Under the pieces are notes generated by a model. It had not been told where the DNA came from and searched no databases. It worked only from the letters and a program-made list of their open reading frames with translations. The position numbers and the translations under genes are program-made. This document shows positions 13,970-32,787 of a stretch of DNA of 64,000 bases, one piece after another. Positions within the stretch are counted from its first letter, which is position 1, and every line of letters begins with the position of its first letter. Origin of the DNA: the human T2T-CHM13v2.0 reference genome, Homo sapiens. The stretch lies in NCBI RefSeq assembly GCF_009914755.1, contig NC_060929.1; one strand, written 5' to 3'.

Positions 13970-15099
13970 AAATAGGATCTTTTTCATCAGGGATTCTCCT
14001 CAGTTGTCCTTATGGCTTTTTTTTCCTTTCTATTTACTTTATACCTGGTAAGATGATAAGAGTTTTCCTCCTCTTTTCTTTTCTCCTTCTAACCTTTATA
14101 TTTGTTGTTTCTGCTATCTCTTATTCTTGGAGAGAGGTGGTTGAGAAAACAAATTCTTTCCTTTGTTTGGAGAGAGGCTGAGAAAACAAATTCTTCCTGT
14201 TGTTTGGAAAGCGTTTGTTTCATTATTTCTACATTCATCTCAACTGTGTAATCATTCTCAGCAAATATTTGCACTTAGGTTGCCATTTACCTCTCATAGC
14301 TGTACCTTTAGAGAACTAGGTAGAAATATTTAAATATCAGGAAAATCTTTCCCTTAATTTTTGAATTTGTATTATTTCAGTGTCAAGTAATTCATTCAAT
14401 TTCAATGGTGGTGTAAATATTATTTTCTGCTTTATTTTTTATATTTATAGGCTATTGATAAGTCTCTCATACTTTCTATTTTTGTTGTTTATTCATTTAT
14501 TTCAAATAGGCCTGTGTAGTGTCTAATAATAATTCATTTGTCATGAATTAGGTGCAAATTTTATTCTCTGTTCACTGTCCGATAGATCCAAACCCTTCCT
14601 ATCTTCCTTTGCTTTTAGAGAAAAAATAGCTTATCTAAAATCTTCATTCAGGTTATCTCTCATGGTTTTTTTTTTTTTGAATAGTATGAACTCAATGAAC
14701 TGTAGCCTATCTAAAAATTAATTTACTTTTCAAGTAAATCTTACCCATTTCCAACTGCTAATTAAGGTAAATTGGCTAAAATTGTTATCAGTCAAAATTT
14801 TAGCTTCAACATGCCTTACATCAATTATTATTTCTCTTTGCTGTCTTTTAATTTGTTACCGTATCTGTGTATTTTGCCATAGAATCATGGCACTATGACA
14901 CTCACAGGCCTCCTCTCCCATGAAAATGGCCATACTTGTATCCTTACCTACAATAAACGTCCTCTATTGGAAGTTTAATGAAGTACTGTAAATAATACTC
15001 TAAATTAAAAAGTCCAACCTTTCCTTTGCAAACATATCCAAAACTTACATAAGAAGCCATTGTAAATAATAATATGAATAATGGTAACTTTTGTGTTAA

Positions 15100-15300
15100 T
15101 AGTTTTTTGATACCAGATGATATTCCATGTAATGTCTCATTACTTCTAAACTACAACCATAGGAAGCAGATGCATGATTATTATCATTTTACAGAAGTGG
15201 AAGCTAAAGCCCAGATACACTAAATAATATACCTAAGTTCCAAAGCTAATCTATAGGAAACTAAATTTCTACCTGAGTACTTAGACTCCAAAAGCTTTTC
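15100..15300 (-). mobile_element. MIR
   Basis: ATTATTATCATTTTACAGAAGTGGAAGCTAAAGCCCAGA, the MIR core. Confidence 0.65.
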
Positions 15301-16664
15301 TCTTATACTGTACTAAAAGTGATTTCTACTACATCTCATTTGATATTCTTGGTCAGCCAATGGAAAAAAAGACAGATGGTTCTGAGGTAATGGCAATGTG
15401 CTTACTTAAGCTTAATGAAGTTAAGATTCCATTTGCTGTCGTGGACTCCTTAATGGTGAAATCAATACATTCCTGGCTTTCCGTGGGCAGCTATTGACAT
15501 AGTGAATCTATTTTAGCTATTCTGTTAAATAGAAAACACACAAGTAGTACCCTTTAACCTAGTACATCATTACCATTCTATGTAGAATAAAGACTCTCAT
15601 TTTTCCAAGGACAGGAGCAAGAAAAAAAATGTTTATCATATTATAGCTTTCTTATCAGAAATCTCTCTGTGGAAAAAAGAAAGTCTAAATCTCCTGTACC
15701 ATGGACTCTGGTTAGTAGTTATGGAAAGAAAACTGTGTGTGTGTTCGTGTACATGAATAATAATTGATCAACAGAATAACAACAAAATGAAGGATATTAC
15801 TGTTTTTAATATGTGTATTATGTAATATGAGAAATTCAGTTTACTATAACTGGCTCAATACCTATCAGAATGACAATTATAATAATAGGTATCAAAAAGA
15901 TAATGTTTAAAACTATAATGACTCATTAACTTTAATATATGTTGCGAAAAACATTGATTTCAATCCCATGCTAAAAATTTTCTCAGCAGGAGATCATTGT
16001 CAATTTGATGCTTGAGGAGGAAATGCTGAACAATGAGTCTTAAAAGCCTTCCCACCTTCTAAAGGTGGAGAGTAAAGAATGTCCAAAAGCCAAGGCTGTA
16101 TTTCAGAAAGAAAAATATATAATAATAAAAAATACTGAGTTTGATAGCACTAAACACTATGTAGCTGTGTATTGTGTAAAACTGCAGAAGTATTTCCAAA
16201 GGCTACATTAGAGTGACACCATAAAATACATAAAATGAGCTTAAAAACATATTGTTGGAAAACTTGTATTTCTTAAGAAAGCATCCAGGAAGCCAGACTG
16301 TTCTTAGTAACATATAGGTCACAGTGAAAGCAGTCAAAGAATTTTCTGACTTTTCTTATTTATAGATATAAAATTCAGTGTCATCCAAATGGCAGCAGGT
16401 AGATGGAAACAGGATTCTTCCCTAAAGTGAAAAAAAAACAGTCCTTCCTCTGCAGAAAATGCCTGCTTTACTCTTACTGTTTAAGAACTAAAAAATACCC
16501 ACTGTATATGTGCTATTTGGGAACTGATATTATGTCATACCTTTACAAGAGTAGTGCTAATTTAATTGCTTATTTTATTCACATAACATTTCCAAAAGTG
16601 TTTCTATTTCTTTCCAAGAATTATTGCTAACACTTACTGGAGCTTGGGATATGTCCTTCAACAC

Positions 16665-18590
16665 AAATCCACATCAAATATTCCACAAGTTGATCTACAG
16701 ATTTTATACAATCCTCATCAAATTACTGGGTGTCTTGCTTGGAGAAAATGGCAAAGTGATCCCAAAATTTATATAAAAATAGAAAGGATCAAGAATAGTC
16801 AAGACACTTTTTAAAAAGAAGAACAAATTTGGGGGACTTGGACTTCTCAAATTCAAAATTTTCACACAGCTAAAATAATTGAAACAGTATAGTACTGGCT
16901 TGAGGATAGTCACATATATCAATGAAATATAATTTAAAATCTAAAAATAAACTCTTAAATGTGTGGTCAATTGATTTTCAAAGAAAGGTTAATTCAATTC
17001 AATTAGGAAGTCAGTTGATAAGAAATATTTCTGAGATTATCGGATAGCCATGTGCAAAATAAAGATGAAATTGTGCCAAAAATAATATGCAAAATTCACT
17101 TAATATGGATCAGAGACCTAAATGAAAGAGAAACTACTATTAGAAACTTAGAAGAAAATGTGACTAAATCTTTGTGTCCTTGGGTTAGAAAAATTATTCC
17201 TGAATATGACACCAAAATTATAAAATGACCAAGTAATAGTTAATTCTACTTCATTAAAGTTAAACAAATATTTGAACTTCAAAGCCCAGTATCAAGAAAA
17301 TTAAAGGACAACCAAAAAAAGAGAGAAAATATTTTTAAATTATATATTTGATAAGGACCTTTTATCTAGAATATGTAAACTACACTTACAATTCAATAGT
17401 AAATATGTAAGTAGGCACATTTAAAATGGTCAGAAAATTTGAATATTTTCCCAAAATAATATAAAAATGAGCAGAAAGCACTTAAGAAAATACCCAACAT
17501 TAATCATTAAAAAAAAAATGCAAAACAAAACCACGGCGAGATACCATTTCACACCTTCTGTGAACTGGATGGCTGTAATCAAAAAGACAGATAATAATTA
17601 CATTGATAATGATGTAAAACATTAGAACCCTGTTATGCTGTTGGTAGAAATGTCAAATGATACAGCTGTTATTGAAAATAGCTTTGCAGGTCCTTAAAAA
17701 AGTTATACAGACTGGGTGCAGTGGCTCATGTCTATAATCCCAGCAGTTTGGAAAGTGGAGGCTGGAGGATTGCTTGAGCCCAGGAGTTTGAGTCAGCCTT
17801 TGCAACATGGTGAAACCTTGTCTCTACAAAAAATAGCTGGGTGTGGCAGTGTGTACCTGTAGTCTCAGCTACTCAGGAGGCTGAGGTGGGAGGATGGCGT
17901 GAGCCCAAGGAGGTGGAGGTTGCAATGAGCCGAGATCACATCATTGCACTCCAGCCTGGGCGATAGAGCCAGACCTTGTCTCACAAGCAAACAAACAAAA
18001 AAGTTAAACATGGAATTATTATATAACCTAGAAGTTCCACACCTAGTTATATATCAAGAGAAATGAAAACATATGTCCACAGAAAAATGTGTACATGAAT
18101 GTTTATAGCCACAGTATTCATAATAATCAAAAATGGAAGCTGTGCAAATGACCCTCATCTGAAAATTGGATAATTAATACTCAGTGTATTTATAAAATGG
18201 AATATAATCAGAAATAAAAGGAGGTGAAGTACTAATACATGTCCAAACACGATGGCCCTTAACTACATAATACCAAGAGAAATGTGAAAGAAGCCAGTCA
18301 CAGAAGCCCATAAATTATACTTATCTATTTATATTATATGTCCAGAATTGAAACATCTATAGAGACAAAATAATAATAAATTCATAGTTGCCTGGGGCTA
18401 TGCGGGTTACAGGGAAATTGGAACAATTAATATACGTAATCTTTTAATTATAATGGGAATGTTTTAAAAGTGATTATAGTGATGGCTCCATGACTTTTTG
18501 AACATACTAACAAATGTTAAATTGCACACATTAAATGGGTAAACTTCATAGTAAGTGAGTTATATCTCAAGAAAGCTGTGTAAAAAATAA
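16665..18590 (+). mobile_element. L1ME1-like ORF2 3' half and 3'UTR, split by an Alu
   Basis: ORF2-like sequence from TTGATCTACAGATT; 3' end GTGATGG...AAATGGGTAAACTT...TTATATCTCAAGAAAGCTGT. Confidence 0.8.
17710..17998 (+). mobile_element. AluJ
   Basis: J-diagnostic GGATTGCTTGAGCCCAGGAG; TSD AAAAAAGTTATACA / AAAAAAGTTAAACA. Confidence 0.92.
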
Positions 18591-18981
18591 AACACCTAAG
18601 TTGGAAATGTAATTACACAATAGATTTTAATATAATGTATTTGTATCATCATTATATGGAAAACTACTTTTCATTTTGTCTCAAAAACTGTTTTCTGGAC
18701 CATAGTTTCAAGCTTCTAAGGGTAACAATGAAACATTACTCTATAGTACTCATTATTATATAATAATAAGTACATTACTTATACTATGATGTGCTATCAT
18801 AATTTTCATTTTACTTAATGTCATCATATCAATATTTCACTTCACTTTATCTTTCTCATGATTTTTGCATTATTTTAAGTGAGATGATATGCATGGTATG
18901 AGTCTGAGTGTCATAACACATTCTACATTCTAAGCAGTGATCATTGCAGGAGCTCAGCCCTATATATTATGAGCTGCTGAA

Positions 18982-19122
18982 TGGTGTCCCCAAAGCCACT
19001 TCAGGTGTGTCAGAACCTAGAGGAACTGTTTACTCATGGTTACAGTTTATTACAATTGAATGGATACAGATTAAAGACAGCCAAGGCCAAAAAAGCATGG
19101 AGCCAAGTTCAGGAAATGTTCA
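18982..19122 (-). mobile_element. MER21-like LTR fragment
   Basis: GTCCCCAAAGCCAC...ACTCATGGTTACAGTTTATTACA...GGATACAGATTAAA. Confidence 0.6.
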
Positions 19123-21707
19123 CAGGTAAACCAAGAAGTGGAAGATAATTCAAATCCCTGTGGTTCCATGCTTTCCTATCTAGAGAAAAAATGAAGGTAG
19201 AAGTGGAGGAAAAATAGTATCCCTATGGTTTAATGTTTTCTTATCTAAAAAAATAAAGGAAAGTAGATTGTACATATACAAATACTGATTTTTTTCACCT
19301 TTTGGTGGTAGTTTTCCGCTTATGATATATTGTTCAGTGGATAATGTGTATCTGCATAAACTGGCACAAGGGAAAAGCATGGACAACTTTCTTGACTCCC
19401 TACGTCCCCACTCAACTCAAAGCAAATCAAATCAATCATCAACTCTGCCAGTACTCTCATCTTTATATTTAAATAAACTCTCCTATTTTGTATTTTGTAT
19501 TTTTTCACTTTCTCCTTATTAACATCATATCTAACCTCCCAGTATCAAGAACCTGACTTCCTGCTAGTGTCTTCTTGGGCAGATATATAGAACTATTTTG
19601 AGTAACTTTATTTTGTCAAGGCAAATGATGACAAACATTTATAAATATAAAATTAGCTCAAATAAACAAAATGCTAACAACCGTGTCCTCAGAGAGGACA
19701 GGCACCAGTGTAACAGAAGGATCCAGAGACCATCTCTCTAGACTTCTAGCTATAAAGCAATACTTAATTGGTGCAATAGAATGTAAATTTTATTTTAAAA
19801 TGAATAATGCATAAAGGAATAGATGAATGAATATATATATATATATACACACATACATATATGGAATATATGGACAAATTAATAGATATGAGAATGGTGT
19901 ACAGAAGTTACTTAATTCCCATTGTAGCTGTCCATATACAAGAGAGTTTAGTCTGGGTCTCATTTTCCTAAAATATGAGATAATAGATATTATTGATATT
20001 TTGAGCACCATTTCAGTTCTAAGCTAATTCCCTGACCAAAGCAATGGTAATTGAACGAATGCAATATATAAACTTTAGCATTTATTCTTGTTTTTTCTGA
20101 GTAAAAAAATCAAATATTTAATATTTATGAGACTAAAACAAACACAATAATCCAACATCTGTAATAAACTATGACATGGATATTTTTATTTATAAAAATA
20201 GATGATAATTTTAGGCAAATTAGCTACTATTTAGGCAGAATATTTTAAAAATATCAATAGGTTTTACAACTCTCTTTTTTTTCCTTAATTTGGTTTTAGT
20301 ACCTTTAGGCTATTTGGTTTTTCCAGATGTTTAAGGAAGCAAAGCGGCTCGAAGTGGTAAATAAATGCTTCTTAAATTTAAGTAGACCCTAAATAGATAC
20401 TTCTTGTAGAATAATTTTAGTTAAATAAATACGTAACAGATTTCTTTCTTCTAATCTAAATGGAAAACCAATATCAAATACATATAGAAGCCATGCAATT
20501 TTTCATGACTTGCTCAAACTACAAAATAAAACTTCAAAATTATGACATTTGATGAATTTTTGCATTATTTTACTTTATGATAACTTTTGGTATTGCATGC
20601 CAGCTAAAGTTTTTCAGGCCAATTAGATTATATTATGTTTTGATTTGTAGGCTTTTGAGAAAGGTTATTATAAAATTATTTTATATAAACTAAAAATAAA
20701 TCATATTAGATTTAAATTTCCACTTTTCCTAATTGAGTCACTAAAGCATATGATTGACACATAATACTAAATGTAGTATAGTTTCTTAGAATCTTCAAGA
20801 ACAATGATTTCCGGGAATTAACATCAGATATATTGATTGTACTGATGCTCAAGGGAAGTGCTGGCAGACATCAGTAATTCATACAACTATGGCTGATGGC
20901 ATATTGTCAGCAATGAACAGAGCTAGTTAGACATCATCTATACTGTTAGAGCAGTAAATATTGTTTTATCTCAGAGCATACTCTCATCCCCTTCTGTTCT
21001 TATGCCCTGCACCTACTAATGCAAACATTTGTGTGTGTCATTTCAACCAGGAATAACATTAATCTTTGTTTCGTATTCAAAAATATGATTGTCTTTCATA
21101 TTCACAGATGACAGCTTTGAGGGTTTTACTCCAAAATGATGTGAATGAAGGAATCAATGCTTTGTTTTTTTTTTTCCTGCAATGATTATTTCAAGAATTA
21201 ATTGTTGTCTGACTTTTTTCAAGATTTGAACTGAATTATTTTAGGCAGACAAAAAAAGCAGATCTATATATATCCAGAAGTTATTGCTGATAAAATTTTT
21301 ATGCAGTATTTTTGTATTTGTTTTTCTTTATTATCATTCAGAAACCTTAATTTTTAATCTAATTGTTTCTATGTACAAGGTGATTATTCTATAAGTATGC
21401 TAATACATTTTTTAAATACATAAACCAAAGGAGTGTTCATTTGCTAAGAATTTGTTTTCAAGTTACATAGAGTAAACTTATTTCCAAAAGCATGTTTGCT
21501 TTTTATCTGGTCAACTTTATATAATAGCTTAAGATTCTCATTTGAAATGGAAAATTTATCTTTCAGGGCAGTCATGATTTCCCAACATGAGCCATGAAAA
21601 AATATTTCTTATTAAGTAAAACACCTTAGGTAAATGCATTTTGTGTCACCTTTAACTTTAATCCACTTTTTGTTAACGTGTCTATTTTTAATTTTAAAAA
21701 GTGTTAA

Positions 21708-22710
<1,003 letters not shown>

Positions 22711-23286
22711 GATTTGTTTTTTAGCATTTCTATTTCTCTTATTTCCTACTTGGGACAACAGACTTATCAGTCCTGCAAAATGTTACTGATATCAGTCAGC
22801 TTCTTATCAATTCTTCTATTGTTTACGTCTGATTTCATACAGATATTCCCAATTGAGGCCACTGACATTGTTTTCTAAGAAGATACATGTCCCTTTAATA
22901 TTTTACCCTTTCTTAAATTGTATAAATTTTTTTGTTATTATCCTTTTGTTGTTGGAATATATTTTTAAATAACTTTCTCAGGAAGATTGAGTGGGGAAAT
23001 ATTAGTTCATGCATGCACAAAAATGACTGACTACATTTTGTCCTCATATACTTGGCATATGGAATACTAGACTGGTCAAGTTAGAAGTCACTTTTTTATC
23101 AAAACTTTAAAGGCATTGTACCCTCTCTTGATTTCTATTATCCTCTGTTACTTATTAATGCTGAATACCAGTATGATTATTGTCCTTTAGAGCTGATGTT
23201 TTTAAGAATATATATAATATAAATTATATCATGTATTATATATTTGTCTATACTGTCTCAATATTTTTTTCTCAATATAGATGTGG

Positions 23287-23841
23287 CAGATTAAATTTTC
23301 TGTCAGCAGTGTTTTGTAGTTCTCCTTGTAGAGATCTTTCACCTCCATTATTAGATGAATCCCTAGGTATTTTATTTTTGTGTGTGTGGCTATTGTAAAT
23401 GGGATTGCATTTCTCATTTTGCTCTCAACTTGAATGTGACTGGTGTATAGAAATGCTATGGAATTTTATAGATTGCTTTTGTATCTTGAAACTTTACTGG
23501 CCATTTAACAGTTCCAGGAGCTTTCTGGCAGAGTCACTGGGATTTTCTAGGTATGAAAACATCATCAGTAAAGAAAGATAGTTTGATTTATTTTCTGTTT
23601 AGAAGCTTTTTATTTTTATTTTTTCCTCTTGCCTGATTGCTTTGCTAGGACTTCCAGTACCCACGTTGAATGGGAGGAGTGGTGGAATCGGGCATCCTTA
23701 TCTTGTTCTAGTTCTCAAGCGGAATGCTTCCAGCTTTTGTCCATTCAGTATAATGTTGGCCGTGGATCTGTCATAGATGGCTCTTATTATTTTAACTTAT
23801 GTTCCTTCATTGGCGAGTTTGTTGAGGGTTTTATCATAAAG
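23287..23841 (-). mobile_element. L1 ORF2 (RT region) fragment
   Basis: ORF 23229-23417 reads IPFTIA...IKYLGIHL...[13 protein letters not shown]. Confidence 0.88.
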
Positions 23842-23844
23842 AGA

Positions 23845-25593
<1,749 letters not shown>

Positions 25594-25703
25594 TATTATC
25601 TTATTATTTTATTGCTATTTAAATATTTAAATTATCTATTAATTTATTTGTTGCTAGTATTAACTGAATTGGGAGGAACTTTTTAGCATTTTCTTTTTTT
25701 TAT

Positions 25704-27834
<2,131 letters not shown>

Positions 27835-28889
27835 TCATATTGTCAGTCTCTCTTGTTCTGCATTACGTTATCTTTGAAACATTCTATTACTATTTTAAGT
27901 AGCACCCTATTACTAAAAATACGTTCTTTTAATTTACTATTTGTCAGTTTCCTAGCATTATGTCCTCCATTCTATATTCTGTTTAAAAAATAGAATGATT
28001 ATTTCTGTAGTTTTGCTATGTATTCTCTATGTTACGTGTTTCCACTCACACTTTTTTTGTTTGTTTATTTTGCCTTTTTGTCTAAAGGTCTTATTCTCAA
28101 GATTTAAAGAGATGACGATATGATAGCTGACTAGGTGCTCTATGAATCTGTGTGGATCAATATATTTGCAGAGTTCATATTACTAGTCATTATACATAAG
28201 TAACCAAGCCCACATTACATGCTGTATTGCTTCCAAGACATTCATTTAAATAATAAAGGAAAGGTCCCACTGATTTTTTTTTTTAACCTAGGACATTTCT
28301 TTCTGTTTCTCATTATATTTGTTGGAGAACAGGGAGGGAAGTAAATGTGTACACTTTTTCCTGTACAGACTTTAAATTAATTCTTGGATTTTTTGCCCAA
28401 TTTTTAATCCAGTTACCTGTTGTAGCAAGTCTGCAGTCTATACATAATTGTGCTGACATGTAGATTTCTACCTTTTTAACAGCTCCTTTATTGTACATTC
28501 AATCTTGCTGTCATTATTTCCATTTTAAAAATTGTCCATCTATTTTATAACTTCTCTACATGTCATATACTGGTATGCTCTTTTTTCTCTCTAGCATGTT
28601 ATAGATGTAAATCCTTTAATCTCATTTAAATAAGATCTTTGCTACTGCTTGAATAACATCAGGCTCACTGGTATGCTCAGTTCTACATCTTAATCTAGAA
28701 GCCTTACAACTCTTTAAACTACTGGCAATTCCAATGGAATAAACTAAAAGAACAGCACCTTTCAATTAACCAACATAGGTAAATGTACTCATTTTCTACC
28801 ATATCATTTATAATAAAATTTGTAGGGCCACTATTTACAGCACATAAAATTGAGTGTGATCTGTTATGCCATAAGTGGATTAGAAAAAA

Positions 28890-28983
28890 TAATATGATAT
28901 GTCATATTATATTTGTAATTATTATTACAATTAATATAATATGACATACCATATTAATATGAATGTATATTATATTTGTAATT
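28890..28983. repeat. ~31-bp unit in direct-inverted-direct arrangement
   Basis: 28890-28913 is the reverse complement of 28933-28956 (23/24); ATATTATATTTGTAATT occurs at 28904-28920 and 28967-28983. Confidence 0.9.
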
Positions 28984-31589
28984 CCATGTATAGCTTATAC
29001 ACTCAATAGCATTTTATTTCTATTTAGCAATAAAAATAGATAAAATTTGCTTGTTTCAACTGATCTCTGGAACTTTTACATGCCATAAAACCCTAAGTCT
29101 TTTTTTTTTTTAACCTCTCCACACACATCCAGAGTGATTTCATATGTGTAAACCCAAAAAGGTGACATCCAAAATCCCTTAAAATTCGAATCTACATATG
29201 ACATAACAGAACACACTCAATTTTATGTGCTGTAAATAGTGGCCCTACAAATTTTATTATGAATGATATGGTAGAAAATGAGTACATATTCAATTGTACC
29301 TACAGAATTTACAATCAATCCTGAATTGAGGAAGTAAAGGGAAAAAAGCAAATTATTTATGTAAGGGCTTGATAAACATAATTTTGTTATTTTCAATCAT
29401 CCGTTGCATGCAAAGTAATATAAAGTATGCTCTTCCTACCTACTGAGTGATCATTATTCATTCTCTGGGGCTTCCTGTTCTGAGATGTGCAGACTTAGGT
29501 GATTTTACTAGGAGGTAAATTGGATGAATGGCATTTCTTCCAGTTGAACATACTGCCCATAATTGCTAGTAGGCCTTCAAGTTCTAGTCCAAATTTAAGA
29601 TGTTAATAAATCCATGTGTTTAGTTTTTGCAGAAAATATTTATTGAAAGTAAATTCAAATCAATACATTTTGAAATATTAGAGATTGCATTTCCAGTAAT
29701 CATTTCTTTGTGTATTTAGGAGTCCATCAGATTCTCTTACTTTGGCTGACAGGTTCTTGAACACTGCAATAAATGTGACAATCAATGCCTTGGAGGTCAA
29801 AGATACTAGATGTGCATCTAATGGAATGAATTAATGTTATGATAGGAATCTTATGTGTTGCCCTTCTTTGATTACTTGTCTGTAAAAATGAAATAACCTA
29901 CAGTATATATCTCACATTACACAAACACTAAATTATATTTCCACATTCCTCCAATTGCTAAAAATACATAAAACTAAAAAGATTCAAATACTTGGAAACA
30001 CTTAATGGCCTTTGATTTGCCAAATATGTTAGGGAGAGAGAGGAATTATTTATTAAAGAAATCACATGACTAAATAGTAAATTTTCTACATTATCTGTTA
30101 AAAAATCCAAGCTCATTTGAAAGTTGAGACAGGCAATTTTTGTAAATAATTTGTCTAAACATTATATACTTATAATATATTTTATTTTAGAAAATATTTA
30201 AAGTTGAATGCCGGCATAATATCCTAAATTGCATTTGATGTACAAGAAATGGAGTATTAAACAATTATTTAGATAATATAAGTCTCAAGTAAAAAAAAAA
30301 ATAAGCATGAGAACTGTCTGTTCTCTCTAGTATATGTGAAATATTAAAGTTTCCTTTAAATTACTACATTTCATTTTCCTGAATAATTGATATACTTCGA
30401 GACCAAATAAATAATTCTTGAGCATCACCTTATTTATTGGTGGAAAAATAAATTTTCTCTAATTATGCTTTAAAAAATGGCAAAAATAGAGTAAAACTTA
30501 ATATTTCTATTTGCATTTAAATATCTCAAGACTACAATAAAGATGTTTTAAAACTCATTTATATGTATCATCATATATGGTAAATACAACACTTTTAAAT
30601 TATTCTACTTCTATTTTAAAGACATTTCATCAGTGGCTCCTGACTTTGCTTAAAATTGCTCTCTGTGTCTTAGCTGATGCATTTTGTAATTATGATTCAG
30701 AGCAGAGAGTTAAAATTACATCTATGATTTCTTCTTCTGACAAACTATCTCAGTTAACTTTTCTTTCCCTGTAATTACCTTAATGGTTCAGCTGCTGGAT
30801 GTTATCCCTGGAAATCTGAGAAACTAGGTAAATGTCTCTTGTAATGCTTCCTACTGTAAAAGCTTGTTAACCTAATATCAAGCCTCATTGAAAACTCTGA
30901 GTTAGGCAATAATCAGCTGAAAAAGAAAATATGTTTTCTTATAAACATCTCTAAGTACTGAATGTAACAAATATAATTACGATGGAAGAAATACAGGCAT
31001 GAAATATTCTTTATGATGAGTAGAAGATCAAATTTTAAAAAGTTATCTCCCTTCCTCTAGTCTTGGCTAATGACAAAGAGTTGGATTTATCCAACCAAAG
31101 GTGTAACCTGAAGTGAACCACACAGTGTGTCACTTGGTCTAAATATTTGTGCCTCTGCTCACCACCTACATAAGCTACAGTCTTCAGATATTTTGTAAAT
31201 TCTATGTGTTTGCCATCCAAATGTAAAAGGAAAGATAAATTCTGCCTTTGTGTTGACAGTCACCAAAATAAATTTAAAGTCACAGATATAGAAAGCACAA
31301 AGACAGGAGTACAATTTTATACTATGATTTTATTATTTGTATAAAACTAAGATGTTTTTGTCTTTCTGATTATTGAAATAGGCAAAAATATTATGATCTT
31401 AACAATTTTATTGTGTGAAATTAATAGCAATTAATTTTTTCAAGGGTAGCACTGGCTATGGTGCGATCGTATTTGTTATCTAGTCCATCTGCCCTACTTC
31501 CAAAATTATTATTAAATTATTTCAGATGAATAGCCTCAGGCAAATAGCATACGTAATATAATGCAAGAAGTGATAAGTGTATTATGAAG

Positions 31590-32060
31590 AAAATTAGGGC
31601 AGGACAAAAGTCATGGTGACTGGCGCTTATTTTGGATAGGTTTAAAATTGAAAACCTCTTTGTGAAAATAACATATAAATAGAGATAAGAATGAAATGAG
31701 GACAGAGGTCTATAAATGTTGACTGCAATACAATGTTCAGTCAGAGGCAAATTCAAATTTGAGGGCATTTTCTGCCCTTTGTCTCAGAAGGCAGAAATGA
31801 AATTTATGTCTTCCAGATACATCAGTGTCAATGTTTACCATAAGATCATTTCTCTGAGTCATAAGTTGTCACTTAGACACTGCAATGAAACCCTCCTACA
31901 TATGATAAATTCTATATGTGTATGATTACTTATTGTTCCCCCTTTTCCTCACCCTGCATTACCGTTACCTTTTTTCCCAGATCTTTATCTAGATTAATGG
32001 CATTACCATACACTTGAAACTAGCAAGAAACTCATACATGTATAGTTTTTGATGCTTACT
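31590..32060. mobile_element. Degenerate L2 fragments
   Basis: Weak L2-like phrases (AAAACCTCTTTGTGAAAATAACAT; TTAATGGCATTACCATACAC). Confidence 0.4.
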
Positions 32061-32459
32061 CCTCTGCATATTCATTGGACTCTTTTTTTTCCTCTGATGG
32101 TCTATATTCTTCTCCCAGTCTGTTAGCATAAGAAGGTATCCACTATATTTATTAGAGCAAATCACATTTAATCAAAAAGTCCACTCCTTGAACCTCACCC
32201 AAACAAATTGCATTACATTAGTAATTTATGAAGTCTCTATATTACTATTTTTATGGCAGGACTGTATTCTAGCCTGAGCCTGACCCTTTTGTGGCATTGC
32301 AACTCTTAAGTCAACATGCGTCTTTTATTGGCATACTTAGTCCTTCTGAGCTACTGTAAAGCAGCTAGATCTAGATTCATCCTGAAGAATTACAAGGTAC
32401 ATTGTGTTAGATATTGTTTAAACTAATACTTCATTGACTTCATTGCTCAAACAGACTTT

Positions 32460-32787
<328 letters not shown>

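Noticed and set aside
30750-30833. Possible 36-nt micro-exon (TTCAG|...CTAG|GTAAAT)
   Set aside because: Weak splice signals that occur by chance; no partner exons seen.
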